A stretch of 64,000 nt of DNA from Candidatus Woesearchaeota archaeon (GTDB taxonomy: Archaea > Nanobdellota > Nanobdellia > Pacearchaeales > GW2011-AR1): contig CAZCGJ010000001.1 in the NCBI GenBank assembly GCA_964498295.1, forward strand, positions 1,669 to 65,668, read 5' to 3'. Both the position numbers and the translations under genes were made by a program. This document shows positions 19,152 to 28,464 of this stretch, piece by piece. The number at the start of each line of letters is the position of its first letter. Positions within the stretch are counted from its first letter, which is position 1. The notes below the pieces were generated by a model, which had not been told where the DNA came from, ran no database searches, and was given only the letters and a program-made list of their open reading frames with translations.

Positions 19152-19859
19152 TTATGAACTTCCAGATTCAGTATAGTCAAAAGATAATAAGAATTCAATC
19201 TTTTTCATTTCTTTGTCAATATAATACTCATCGCCACTAACTAACTTTAGCTGTTTCTCCTTAATCACACTTATGACAAAGTTAGGAAGTTCCTGCTCGA
19301 GACAAACCTTGACTTCACTATCTTTAACAGAACCTTCATTACATACAGTACGAATAAGCATAATTTTATCTAAGCTTGGCAAACCGAAATTATCAAACCC
19401 TACAGAAACATTTAATTCAGAAGAATAAGTAATATTCAAATTAGGATAAACTCTTTTAGCACCCCAAGGAGAAAGACTTGTATAAACTTTTTTACCATCA
19501 AAATAAAATAAAGTCACACCTGAAAACAATTTTTTTAAATCTTCTGGTACAGAGCTCTCAGTCTGCTTAAAACGAACCTTTAAATCTTCTTCAAAAACCT
19601 TGTTTAAATCTGCAGAAGAACTAATCTTTTCAGAATTTTCAGATAAAATTTTTTGATAACTACTTAAGAAATCCTCGGTTAATTTAATATAAAGAGTATT
19701 TTCATATCCTTGTTTTTCAGAGTAGATATTACTCACTGCATTAAAATTCTCTGAAACTTTTGAAGACTGATTAGATATTGCAAATATGATATAGATAAAC
19801 AACAAAAGAGTCATGATCACCATAACACCCACTTCGATAGATGCCTTCTTATTTATCAT
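19152..19859 (-). CDS. pilin-like protein (class III signal peptide)
   Basis: MINKKA/SIEVG then hydrophobic helix. Confidence 0.7.
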   Translation of the reverse strand: MINKKASIEVGVMVIMTLLLFIYIIFAISNQSSKVSENFNAVSNIYSEKQGYENTLYIKLTEDFLSSYQKILSENSEKISSSADLNKVFEEDLKVRFKQTESSVPEDLKKLFSGVTLFYFDGKKVYTSLSPWGAKRVYPNLNITYSSELNVSVGFDNFGLPSLDKIMLIRTVCNEGSVKDSEVKVCLEQELPNFVISVIKEKQLKLVSGDEYYIDKEMKKIEFLLSFDYTESGSS

Positions 19860-20283
19860 AATTGCTCCTCCTTATTACTGTAATAGAAAGATATCCTTTT
19901 TCACAATGACTGCACGGAAAATAAGTTTTATCTGCAAAAAAAGGAACAGAACCTAAAGGATAAAGGTTAAAGGTATAGTTATTAGGAATAGATAATTTTG
20001 GAAGATTAACCATAAACCCTCCAGTAACAGTATTTGTATACTTATAAGCATCATATAGCACTTTTCCTTTACTACTACTATTGAAATCGCTAATAACTGC
20101 ATAAGCTGCAACTCTTTGAGATTCGGAAGAATAAACATTAGAGTCATAATTAATAACAACGGACTTCTGACTAAATTTTCCAGCAATTGAAAAGAACACT
20201 GCAAAGATAACTATTAGCGCAATAGCAATAAGTCCTGCTGCCCAAGACAATCCTTCTCCTGCTGCACGTTTATTTATAATCAC
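19849..20283 (-). CDS. pilin-like protein (class III signal peptide)
   Basis: MIINKRA/AGEG then hydrophobic helix; overlaps both neighbours. Confidence 0.7.
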   Translation of the reverse strand: MIINKRAAGEGLSWAAGLIAIALIVIFAVFFSIAGKFSQKSVVINYDSNVYSSESQRVAAYAVISDFNSSSKGKVLYDAYKYTNTVTGGFMVNLPKLSIPNNYTFNLYPLGSVPFFADKTYFPCSHCEKGYLSITVIRRSNYDK

Positions 20284-20783
20284 TTTCTCACCCCGTTATT
20301 ATCAGATGAAACCCACCCGACAATTTTAACATTAATAATAGAAGATCCATTGAAATAAAGATAAGTTTCATTTCTAAAAAGACACGAAATTACATTTTCA
20401 GTTTCAGTAGGATAAATAACTGCACAAGTTTGTTTCTTCTCAACTCTTTCAAGAACATCCCCTCCAACAAATGATTTAATTTCAACACCGGATTCATTTC
20501 TAAAACTAAAATCAAAATAGAGATGATAATTATCAATAATTGTTTTATTTAAATCACATTCAGAATACAAATCAAATTTAGAGTAAAAAGTATCATTATT
20601 AATAAACCCGTTCGAAACAAAACAATTCATTAAACGATCATACAGAACTTGAGTTTCATAACCTCGAATATCTACAGGAGTATTGACATATGAAGAAAGT
20701 ACAACCGTTGCCCCTCCAGCAATCAAAACCAAATAAAGTAAAAACATACCTGCATTTATTTTTTCACTAGCTTTTTTATCCAT
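20280..20783 (-). CDS. pilin-like protein (class III signal peptide)
   Basis: MDKKA/SEKIN then hydrophobic helix; DIRGYE...L..RL..C. Confidence 0.7.
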   Translation of the reverse strand: MDKKASEKINAGMFLLYLVLIAGGATVVLSSYVNTPVDIRGYETQVLYDRLMNCFVSNGFINNDTFYSKFDLYSECDLNKTIIDNYHLYFDFSFRNESGVEIKSFVGGDVLERVEKKQTCAVIYPTETENVISCLFRNETYLYFNGSSIINVKIVGWVSSDNNGVRK

Positions 20784-20906
20784 TTTACAAAACTCTCCTA
20801 AGATTTATTTTATCAATTGAGAGTTTGTAAGGTAAAAATTTCATAGATTTACCACTAACATTCTTGACTGCTGCGACATAAGGGAGCATTATGCAAGTCA
20901 TTTTTT
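20781..20906. ncRNA. candidate structured non-coding element, copy A
   Basis: Three stems; colinear conserved blocks and covariation with 54060-54170. Confidence 0.5.
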
Positions 20907-21332
20907 CACCTCAATAGAATAAAGAACTTTTTTATCAGTTGAAATTGCACTAGTAGTTACTAAATAATCACTGAAATAATTTTGAACATATCCGGCTGTA
21001 GCTCCCAAACGCAGTGAAACCATAACGCTGTGATTTAAAGGATCAATTTTAATTAAGTCCCCATAAGAACTTTCCTTCTCACCAGACCTAATAGCTATTT
21101 TATTAAGCTCAGTCACATCCAACACAAAAGTAGTATTTGGTTGAGCGCCATCAATAAGCAATGCAATTTTTTTTGCATAGATTTCTTCTTGAATCAAAGC
21201 CCCGCTCAAAGTATTTCTTGCAAATAAAAAGAAAACAACCATAAAAGCCAAAAGTAAAACGACAGAAATAATTGTAGGCCATGCAATTTCCTCACTATCT
21301 CCTTTTTTTCCAAGATTAAAATTAAACCTCAT
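20898..21332 (-). CDS. pilin-like protein (class III signal peptide)
   Basis: LGKKG/DSEEIAW then hydrophobic helix; EEIYAKKIALLID. Confidence 0.7.
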   Translation of the reverse strand: MRFNFNLGKKGDSEEIAWPTIISVVLLLAFMVVFFLFARNTLSGALIQEEIYAKKIALLIDGAQPNTTFVLDVTELNKIAIRSGEKESSYGDLIKIDPLNHSVMVSLRLGATAGYVQNYFSDYLVTTSAISTDKKVLYSIEVKK

Positions 21333-21370
21333 AAGAAAACAAACGAAGAGAGAATTATAAACTTAACGAC

Positions 21371-22387
21371 TTAAAGATTCTCAAAAGAATCTATGTTCCA
21401 TTGTGAAAAACCTTCTAAACTATAATTAGTTAACATTAATCCCCCAACATGATTACTACAAGGATCCGTATTTTTAGGATCATTACAAAAAGAACTATCT
21501 ACGAACCATTTCTTGAAAATAGAATCGCCAGCATTTGAACCGAGAACAAATCCTCCTCCAATAAGAATTCTGGCGCCCAATCCTTTTGTAAAATAAGCAC
21601 CAACAGCACCAGCACTCGCACCCGCAACCCCTCCAATTCTTTGAGCAAAACTAGTAAGAGTAGATTCAATATAAACAATAGACTTAACACCCTCTAAAGA
21701 AGTATTATCATTTAAAGTTGCACTCTTGACGTCTGAAACGACTAATGAGCCGAACAACTCCTGAGCGCTCTGACCCTCATAAGTCCCCCTTAAATAATCC
21801 ATATAACTATAATTATTATTAGGGACTTTATGGCTAACCATATAAAACATTAAGCCAGTAATATTCCTAATATCATCTTCATTTCCAGAGACACCATCTT
21901 TCCCATCTAAAACACTGTTATCGAACTCAATCTTATCACAAATAATTCCTTTAGAAGTAAAAGTCTTTGAATCAAACTCTCTAGAAAATATTTGTAATTT
22001 GCCCTCTCCGAACATTCCCCAGCAATCGGCCATTTCCCTAGATAAGAACATTTTTATTTGATCTTTCCTAGCTTCAACAGTTGTACCCGTCAATTTCATC
22101 GTATTGAATTCTTTTCCTAACTGAGTACAGTTTCCACGGCCAGACTTAGCAGTAACACAAATTTTAGTAGTTTTACATCTAATACTAATAGCATCTTTTG
22201 CGTTTACGCTAACACCTCCGACCTCACTAGGAACCGTAGCTCTCAAAATAATAGAAGCCTGACAAGCAGATCGATCAATAGTATCGCTAGTTGGAAAAAA
22301 GATTGCAATAACCACAAACACAACTAAAGTCATAACAGCAATAATAATACTTACAACAAACCAATTTATATCTCCTCGTTTATTCAT
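21371..22387 (-). CDS. pilin-like protein with Cys-rich domain and Gly-zipper hairpin
   Basis: MNKRG/DINW then hydrophobic helix; ACQASI, EMADCW.MFGEGK; GGVAGASAGAVG segment. Confidence 0.7.
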   Translation of the reverse strand: MNKRGDINWFVVSIIIAVMTLVVFVVIAIFFPTSDTIDRSACQASIILRATVPSEVGGVSVNAKDAISIRCKTTKICVTAKSGRGNCTQLGKEFNTMKLTGTTVEARKDQIKMFLSREMADCWGMFGEGKLQIFSREFDSKTFTSKGIICDKIEFDNSVLDGKDGVSGNEDDIRNITGLMFYMVSHKVPNNNYSYMDYLRGTYEGQSAQELFGSLVVSDVKSATLNDNTSLEGVKSIVYIESTLTSFAQRIGGVAGASAGAVGAYFTKGLGARILIGGGFVLGSNAGDSIFKKWFVDSSFCNDPKNTDPCSNHVGGLMLTNYSLEGFSQWNIDSFENL

Positions 22388-22417
22388 AAAAAAAAGAGCA
22401 TATATCTCTTTTTATAT

Positions 22418-22531
22418 TTATCCTAGCTTAGTAAAATAAGTGGCAATATAATAAACACCATAAGCCAATAACGCCAAAAGTAAAATTAAACCAATCTTCA
22501 CAACTAAGCTTTCTCCAAGATTATCTGCCAT
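22418..22531 (-). CDS. 37-aa single-TM peptide (not in ORF track)
   Basis: Hand translation MADNLGESLVVKIGLILLLALLAYGVYYIATYFTKLG; TTTATTAA box ~25 nt upstream. Confidence 0.7.
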   Translation of the reverse strand: MADNLGESLVVKIGLILLLALLAYGVYYIATYFTKLG

Positions 22532-22560
22532 CTAAAACATGAGCAAAAAGAGTTAATAAA

Positions 22561-23883
22561 TTATTCCATACTTCTAAGAGAAACAGTATTTTGACCATTA
22601 GGATAACTAAAAACAAAATAGTCCCCGGTAATAGGATAAGAACCATCTAATATAAAAGAAACATTATACAAATAAACCAAGGAACTGGGATTAAAATTTT
22701 CAATCTCGGGCTCACCAAACAATAAATAAGAGTAAGACTCTAAAGGATTGCCTTCATGATAAAAAGTAATATTATACTTATTTACCTGGTTTTTTAAATT
22801 AGACAAATACTCCTTAAATGAATCCTTCGCACAATTTGTTTCAAATATAAAATAAAATTGATCATATCCTAACTTATTACTATAACTCTCATAACCTATG
22901 TTTTTTATACTACACGAAACATCAGTTTTATCTAACTTAAAAGAAAGACCTTTCCATTTTTGAATAGGGCACCTACTTCCACCACCCTCTAAATATGTCT
23001 TTGAGCAATCCACAGTATCCCACTCAACACTAATCTCTAAATCACATTTTGTAGAGTCCTTACCTGCTAAAACGTCTTCATTCAAAAAACAAGAAAAGTT
23101 TGCACTAGTATCTTGTATTGATAAAATATTACATTCAGGAACAGAATCATGAGGGACATACTTAACATTCTGTAAAAAAGAATCATCACAGACAAAATCA
23201 AAACGAATAACAGAATCTCTAAGTAATTCTAATTTACAATCTTTGAAGCTAGGATTGATATTTCTAACTAAAAATCTTCCATCAGATTTTATAAGTGTTT
23301 GATCATAGTATATAGAATCTGTAGAAAAAGAACAACCAGGATTTTGGGAACCATAAATAGTCCTAATAGCACCACCAAGACTACTTGGATAAAGTTTTAC
23401 CACACTAGATCCTTTATCTACTTGCAACCCGTATGGGACTTGAGTAATTTGCAAGCAATTAGCAATAGAACCCCAACTATTTACACAGCTAGTAGAAATA
23501 CTTGCATCTAAATTAATAGACTTACAAATATTTTGTGCTTTACAAATACCAAAAACTTTATTTTGTAAAACAGGATCAACAATAACACTCGAAGAGTATA
23601 GCTTACTTATTGGAGAACAAAAACAAACCTCTGTATTATTTGCCATAATAACCCATCCTTTAGGACTTTCAATAAAAACCTCCTTTGTTTGACCATCCGT
23701 CATTTTTCCAATCTCATAAACAATAGTATCAAGAGTATTTCTTGCCTGCTCCTCTTTCAAATTACTAGCAACAATCTTCCCCAATGCAAATAAAATAAAT
23801 AAAATAAAAATAAAAACGCCAATTCCAATTACTAATTTTACTATTTCTTCAACAGCTAAAGTTCCGCCCCTCTTTGACCTCAT
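22561..23883 (-). CDS. large Cys-rich pilin-like protein
   Basis: MRSKRG/GTLAVEEIVKLV then hydrophobic helix; EQARNTL; start reassigned to 23883. Confidence 0.7.
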   Translation of the reverse strand: MRSKRGGTLAVEEIVKLVIGIGVFIFILFILFALGKIVASNLKEEQARNTLDTIVYEIGKMTDGQTKEVFIESPKGWVIMANNTEVCFCSPISKLYSSSVIVDPVLQNKVFGICKAQNICKSINLDASISTSCVNSWGSIANCLQITQVPYGLQVDKGSSVVKLYPSSLGGAIRTIYGSQNPGCSFSTDSIYYDQTLIKSDGRFLVRNINPSFKDCKLELLRDSVIRFDFVCDDSFLQNVKYVPHDSVPECNILSIQDTSANFSCFLNEDVLAGKDSTKCDLEISVEWDTVDCSKTYLEGGGSRCPIQKWKGLSFKLDKTDVSCSIKNIGYESYSNKLGYDQFYFIFETNCAKDSFKEYLSNLKNQVNKYNITFYHEGNPLESYSYLLFGEPEIENFNPSSLVYLYNVSFILDGSYPITGDYFVFSYPNGQNTVSLRSME

Positions 23884-23955
23884 AAAAATAAGAAAAGAAC
23901 ACAAATTATAAACTTAACTAAAAATATATAAATAATAAAGATTAAGAAAAAAATA

Positions 23956-25287
23956 ATGAAAGGATTAGAAAACCTACTCAAACGAACAGGAAGATATCTC
24001 GCGTCTACAATTTCTGCAATAGCCCTTTATTCTTCCGCTCAAGAACCTGCTAAAATAGAAGTAGCAAAAGATGGAAGTTGGAAAAAAACCTCGGACATAA
24101 CTCTTTATTTTCAAAGTACTACCGGTTCGCAAGGAAGAGATCCTTCAAAAAACCCATATAACCAATCTAAAGCAATGGCGTGTTTTGTAGGAAGAAATAA
24201 TCCGGATGGAAGCCTGACAATAACTTATTTAACAACTGATCCTGAAAACCCTTCAAAAGATGCAGCATATGCCTCGTTTAATTCATCATATGTATCTTTT
24301 CTTTCCAGCCAAAATTTGGAAGCAAGAGTTTCACAGAGAACAATTCTTATGGATGCTGGAGGAAATATCTCTTTCGAAAAAGCACAGCTTAAAGAGGAAG
24401 TAACAAACCCTCTGATCTGGGTCGGTCAAAAAATATATGAAAAAGCAGATGAATATGACCCTGTAAAAAAAATAGGAGACGAAAGCGGATTTTTTAGCGG
24501 AGGCACATTAGATATAATCAGAAACTATGCCGATTCATTTGAAAAAACCTCTAATGAAGGTTTAGAAAAAGTAAAGGGAAAAGAAATAAGCATAAACCAA
24601 ATACCTAAGAGATCTAGAACTTCTTGGATAACTACGACAAAAAAAGAAATAGGTACAGAAACTACGCTTGTATTCTTAGGAGATAAAGAAGGAAAAACAA
24701 AAATTAGTGTTTATTATGACATCGGTCTAATGAAAGGAAGAGATACGGGAAGAACAAAAGCCTATACAGGTTTAATAGAAGTAAAAACATCGGCAAAAGA
24801 ACAAACACAAACTTGTTTAGAAAAAGGAACAGGTACAAGCAATCCCTTAGAGGGGTTTTGGAGAGAAAAAGAAAATAAGAACAGTCTAGTATATATCACT
24901 CCAAAAGGAATTTTTATTTCTCTTCCAGAAATGCTATTTGAAAATAAATATACTTTAATGGCAATAGCTAATAATTCTAAAAAAGAAAAAGAGATATATG
25001 TATCTAGAATAAAAGATAGCAAGTTCAATATTGATATTAGAGAAACTGGAAAAGTAGAACAGATAAGCAACCAACAAATAAAAGCAGCCTGTATAATTGC
25101 AAACGCACCAGATATGGAAATAACCTTAGAAAGAGCTCCGGAATTAAACAGAGGACTAGAAGAAATCACTCAATCAGAAACACAATCTGGAAATGATCAG
25201 GCAAAACCAATAGAAAAGCCAAAATCTACACCGCCAAAACAAACAACAGGCCCTTCCTATGATATTAGAAATTGGATGAAGAAATAA
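23956..25287 (+). CDS. secreted hypothetical protein
   Basis: Signal-peptide-like N-terminus ending SSA/QE; 443 aa. Confidence 0.65.
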   Translation: MKGLENLLKRTGRYLASTISAIALYSSAQEPAKIEVAKDGSWKKTSDITLYFQSTTGSQGRDPSKNPYNQSKAMACFVGRNNPDGSLTITYLTTDPENPSKDAAYASFNSSYVSFLSSQNLEARVSQRTILMDAGGNISFEKAQLKEEVTNPLIWVGQKIYEKADEYDPVKKIGDESGFFSGGTLDIIRNYADSFEKTSNEGLEKVKGKEISINQIPKRSRTSWITTTKKEIGTETTLVFLGDKEGKTKISVYYDIGLMKGRDTGRTKAYTGLIEVKTSAKEQTQTCLEKGTGTSNPLEGFWREKENKNSLVYITPKGIFISLPEMLFENKYTLMAIANNSKKEKEIYVSRIKDSKFNIDIRETGKVEQISNQQIKAACIIANAPDMEITLERAPELNRGLEEITQSETQSGNDQAKPIEKPKSTPPKQTTGPSYDIRNWMKK

Positions 25288-25324
25288 TTAGAAACAAACT
25301 AAATCTACAGCATTAAAAGAATAA

Positions 25325-25924
25325 TTATTTTTTAGAAACAACTTTTTGATAAAAATGAAATTGCCCATTTGAATCTAAGATAAAGGTATTCACTTCGGTA
25401 GGAAGTTTAAACACATTAGAGCAAGAACTAGGCAAAGTATGTTGACCCACAATAATATCACAAATAAAAGTATCGCCTATCCCTTCTGTACTAAAAAGAG
25501 AAACCTTTGCACGAGGAAAAAAAGAATATTTCTTAAAATAATACTCTTGCATTTCAGGTCCGGCAGGCCAATTTGCTAAAATACAATAAGAAGTACCTAG
25601 AGACCACCAACAATCTTTATTAGAAACATTGTAAGAAACCTGCCATCCAGAAACTTCAACTAAACTTTCATCATTTTGGATGACAATAGCTCCATTCTGT
25701 TCAATAACACCAGGAACAAGCTCATCAGTGCCGTTAATTTCATTGTATTTTTCTCCCTGACTAGTATTCATGCTAGGGAGCCATCCTTTGATTATATCTC
25801 CCCAACTTGCTTTCATAAAAATAGGAGTAAGAATCAAAACAATTAGCAATAGTCCTAGAAACAAATACATCATTTCAGTCCAACCCATTTCAAAACCTTT
25901 TTTGTTTTTTATAATAGACCTCAT
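25325..25924 (-). CDS. pilin-like protein (class III signal peptide)
   Basis: KNKKG/FEMGWTE then hydrophobic helix. Confidence 0.7.
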   Translation of the reverse strand: MRSIIKNKKGFEMGWTEMMYLFLGLLLIVLILTPIFMKASWGDIIKGWLPSMNTSQGEKYNEINGTDELVPGVIEQNGAIVIQNDESLVEVSGWQVSYNVSNKDCWWSLGTSYCILANWPAGPEMQEYYFKKYSFFPRAKVSLFSTEGIGDTFICDIIVGQHTLPSSCSNVFKLPTEVNTFILDSNGQFHFYQKVVSKK

Positions 25925-26088
25925 TTAAAACAACCCCCGAAACGCATACAATCATAAAACTTAGATAAGTAATTAGAAATAGTATCCCTAGCAAAAAACA
26001 AAATAAGCGCTGCAACAACCAAACCAATTATTGCAAGTATCATCCAAATACCTTGTAAAGTTATTTGACCTTTTTTTATCAACCTCAT
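25921..26088 (-). CDS. 55-aa mini-pilin (not in ORF track)
   Basis: Hand translation MRLIKKG/QITLQGIWMILAIIGLVVAALILFFARDTISNYLSKFYDCMRFGGCFK; ATGA overlap with next gene; TATA box upstream. Confidence 0.8.
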   Translation of the reverse strand: MRLIKKGQITLQGIWMILAIIGLVVAALILFFARDTISNYLSKFYDCMRFGGCFK

Positions 26089-26198
26089 AGAAACATAACA
26101 GCTAAGAGATTAATAAATCTTTATGTGCCTGAAATGCCGTATTTTAAATACAAAGAATTCATTACAATACCCTTACAAGTAACCTTTATATAATCCAA

Positions 26199-26735
26199 AT
26201 GACTTTAACAAGTATGGAAAAAATAAAGGCAACATTTATGTCTGAAAAAGTATTCTCCAACACAAAAGAAGCATTTGAGTTATTTGAATCACAGAGATTT
26301 GGAGAAAAAACCGGAGAAAAAGTCTATTATATTTTACAAGAAGCCTTGCTCCTAGTTGAAACTAAAAAAATGGAAATTTTTGACTCAAAGGACAAAAAAA
26401 TTCCAGAAAAAGATTTGCTTAAAAAATTTGAAAAAATAGACAAGAAATTCAAAACAAAATATTTTGTTTTTAGAGACATGAGACAAAAAGGATTTATTGT
26501 TAAAACAGCACTAAAATTCGGAGCAGAATATAGAGTTTATGAAAAAGGAAAATCAATTAGCGAAGAACACTCAAAATGGTTATTATTCCCTGTATCCGCT
26601 ACTCAAAATATGACCTGGCAGGACTTTTCAGCAAAAAATAGAATAGCACACTCGACTAACAAAAAGCTTTTAATTGCAGTAGTTGATGAAGAGAATGCAG
26701 TCTCATATTATGAGGTAAACTGGTTGAAAATATAA
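26199..26735 (+). CDS. endA: tRNA-intron endonuclease
   Basis: QEALLL, VFRDMRQKG.IVKTALKFGAEYRVY, H, RIAHSTNK; start may be 26214. Confidence 0.92.
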   Translation: MTLTSMEKIKATFMSEKVFSNTKEAFELFESQRFGEKTGEKVYYILQEALLLVETKKMEIFDSKDKKIPEKDLLKKFEKIDKKFKTKYFVFRDMRQKGFIVKTALKFGAEYRVYEKGKSISEEHSKWLLFPVSATQNMTWQDFSAKNRIAHSTNKKLLIAVVDEENAVSYYEVNWLKI

Positions 26736-27775
26736 TGGCAAAAATTGATGTGAGTGAAGTAAAAAAAAGGATTTTAGAATTTCTGAACAATAATGGACCG
26801 AGTCTTCCAGTTCCAATAGCAAAGCATATAGGCCTACAACCCATGTTTGCCTCAGCAATCCTCTCTGAATTACTAAATGAAAAAAGAATAAAAACAAGTT
26901 CAATGAAAATAGGCACTTCTCCTTTATACTTAATTCCAGGGCAAGAGTATAAATTAGAAGCATTCACTGAAAATCTCGGAGGCGTAGAAAAAGAAGCCTA
27001 CCTTTTACTTAAAGATAACAGACTAATTGAAGATCAAGCACAAGAACCCAGAATAAGAGTTGCATTAAGAAGCCTAAAGGATTTTGCAATACCTACTCAG
27101 ATGAATGATAAGCTATTCTGGAAATATTTCACAGTCTCAAATAATAAAATCAAAGAAGCATTACGAGATGAAGGAGAAGTAGCTATCGGAGAAAGAGTTG
27201 TAGGTCAACAAATTTGGGAAGATATAAAGAAAGAAACACCGAATAGAGATTTAATTGTAAAACCCTATCAAGAACCCAAAGTAGAAGAAATTTTGACAGA
27301 AACACATGAAAAAATTGTAACAATATTATCCAAAGAAGCTGAAAATAGAAAACCAGAAATTAAAGAAATTATAATTGCTAGAGAAGAAGAAATCCCTAGA
27401 GAAACTGCAAAACTACTAGTACAAGAAACAAAGCAAAATGAGCAACCCAAAAAGATAAAAAAACTTACAGAAAAAGAAATATTCTTAGAGCAAGTAAAAC
27501 ATGTCCTAAACTCAAGAAATATAGAACTTTTAGAAGTCATCCAATTAGATAAAAAGCAAGTCTTGGCAAAAGCGAGAGTAAATGTTGATAAGAATTGTAT
27601 CTTGTATTTCATAGATAAAAAGAAACCTGATGAAAAAGATATGCTAAAAGCATTCAAAAAAGCACAAGAGTATAATTTACCCTATTATATTTTCACCCAG
27701 GCACAACCTCCGAAAAAACTTAAAGAAACCGCAGATCTTTACAAGGCACTTTTGGGTTTCGGAAGTATTGAGTAA
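26735..27775 (+). CDS. hypothetical protein with N-terminal winged HTH
   Basis: ILEFL..NGPSLPVPIAK...ASAILSEL...SPLY. Confidence 0.7.
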   Translation: MAKIDVSEVKKRILEFLNNNGPSLPVPIAKHIGLQPMFASAILSELLNEKRIKTSSMKIGTSPLYLIPGQEYKLEAFTENLGGVEKEAYLLLKDNRLIEDQAQEPRIRVALRSLKDFAIPTQMNDKLFWKYFTVSNNKIKEALRDEGEVAIGERVVGQQIWEDIKKETPNRDLIVKPYQEPKVEEILTETHEKIVTILSKEAENRKPEIKEIIIAREEEIPRETAKLLVQETKQNEQPKKIKKLTEKEIFLEQVKHVLNSRNIELLEVIQLDKKQVLAKARVNVDKNCILYFIDKKKPDEKDMLKAFKKAQEYNLPYYIFTQAQPPKKLKETADLYKALLGFGSIE

Positions 27776-27826
27776 TCCAAAATAACAAACCTTTTAAACC
27801 CTTAAAATTAGCTAAATATATCAAAA

Positions 27827-28027
27827 ATGGGACGAATCAAAACAAAACCAATCAAAAGGGCAGGAGCAGGATTAGTTGAAGCAGCTCCAGAATTGTTTAA
27901 CTCTGAATTCGACCACAACAAGAAAGTATTAGGAAGAGACATGCCTAGTAAGAAAGTAAGAAACATGATTGCAGGATATATCACAAGATTCAAGAGAAAC
28001 ACTAAAAAAATAATCCAAGAAGAGTAA
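27827..28027 (+). CDS. rps17e: 30S ribosomal protein S17e
   Basis: MGRIKTK.IKR, F..NKK, SKKVRN.IAGYIT. Confidence 0.95.
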   Translation: MGRIKTKPIKRAGAGLVEAAPELFNSEFDHNKKVLGRDMPSKKVRNMIAGYITRFKRNTKKIIQEE

Positions 28028-28034
28028 TTCTACA

Positions 28035-28325
28035 ATGAAATATAATAAAGAGGATAATGTGATTTTCATCGGCAGCAAGCCTTTAATGAGTTATGTTACA
28101 GGAATTGTTATGCAATTTACTACTCAAAAAGCTAATGAGGTAAAAATAACTTCTAGAGGAAAATTCATTTCAAAATGCGTTGACGTTGTTGAAGTTGCAA
28201 CAAAAAAATTCTTAAAAGAACTCAATATTAAGGTAAAAGAAATAAAAATCGACAGCCAAGAATTTGAAAACAAAGAAGGCAAAAAAGTAACTGTCTCCAC
28301 TATGGACATTATTCTATCAAAGTAA
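28035..28325 (+). CDS. albA: chromatin protein Alba
   Basis: IFIGSKPLMSYV, SRGKFISK.VDV, VSTMDI. Confidence 0.95.
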   Translation: MKYNKEDNVIFIGSKPLMSYVTGIVMQFTTQKANEVKITSRGKFISKCVDVVEVATKKFLKELNIKVKEIKIDSQEFENKEGKKVTVSTMDIILSK

Positions 28326-28464
28326 ATATTTCTACAAATTATTTAAAGCTAAAAGAATTCGCACCATAAAGCTATAAAATTCTTAGTAGCCTCAAATTAA
28401 TTTGAAATAATCAGATACATATCTCCGATTGATTTAAAAAAATAAAAACTTTTGGAGGTTTTAT

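Noticed and set aside
20785-20889. 34-codon ORF MLPYVAAVKNVSGKSMKFLPYKLSIDKINLRRVL on the - strand in the pilin spacer
   Set aside because: No RBS or recognisable protein features; the homology with 54060-54170 is structural. Cannot be fully excluded as a leader peptide.
28346-28430. AT-rich hairpins downstream of alba
   Set aside because: Weak stems expected by chance at this base composition; at most part of a terminator
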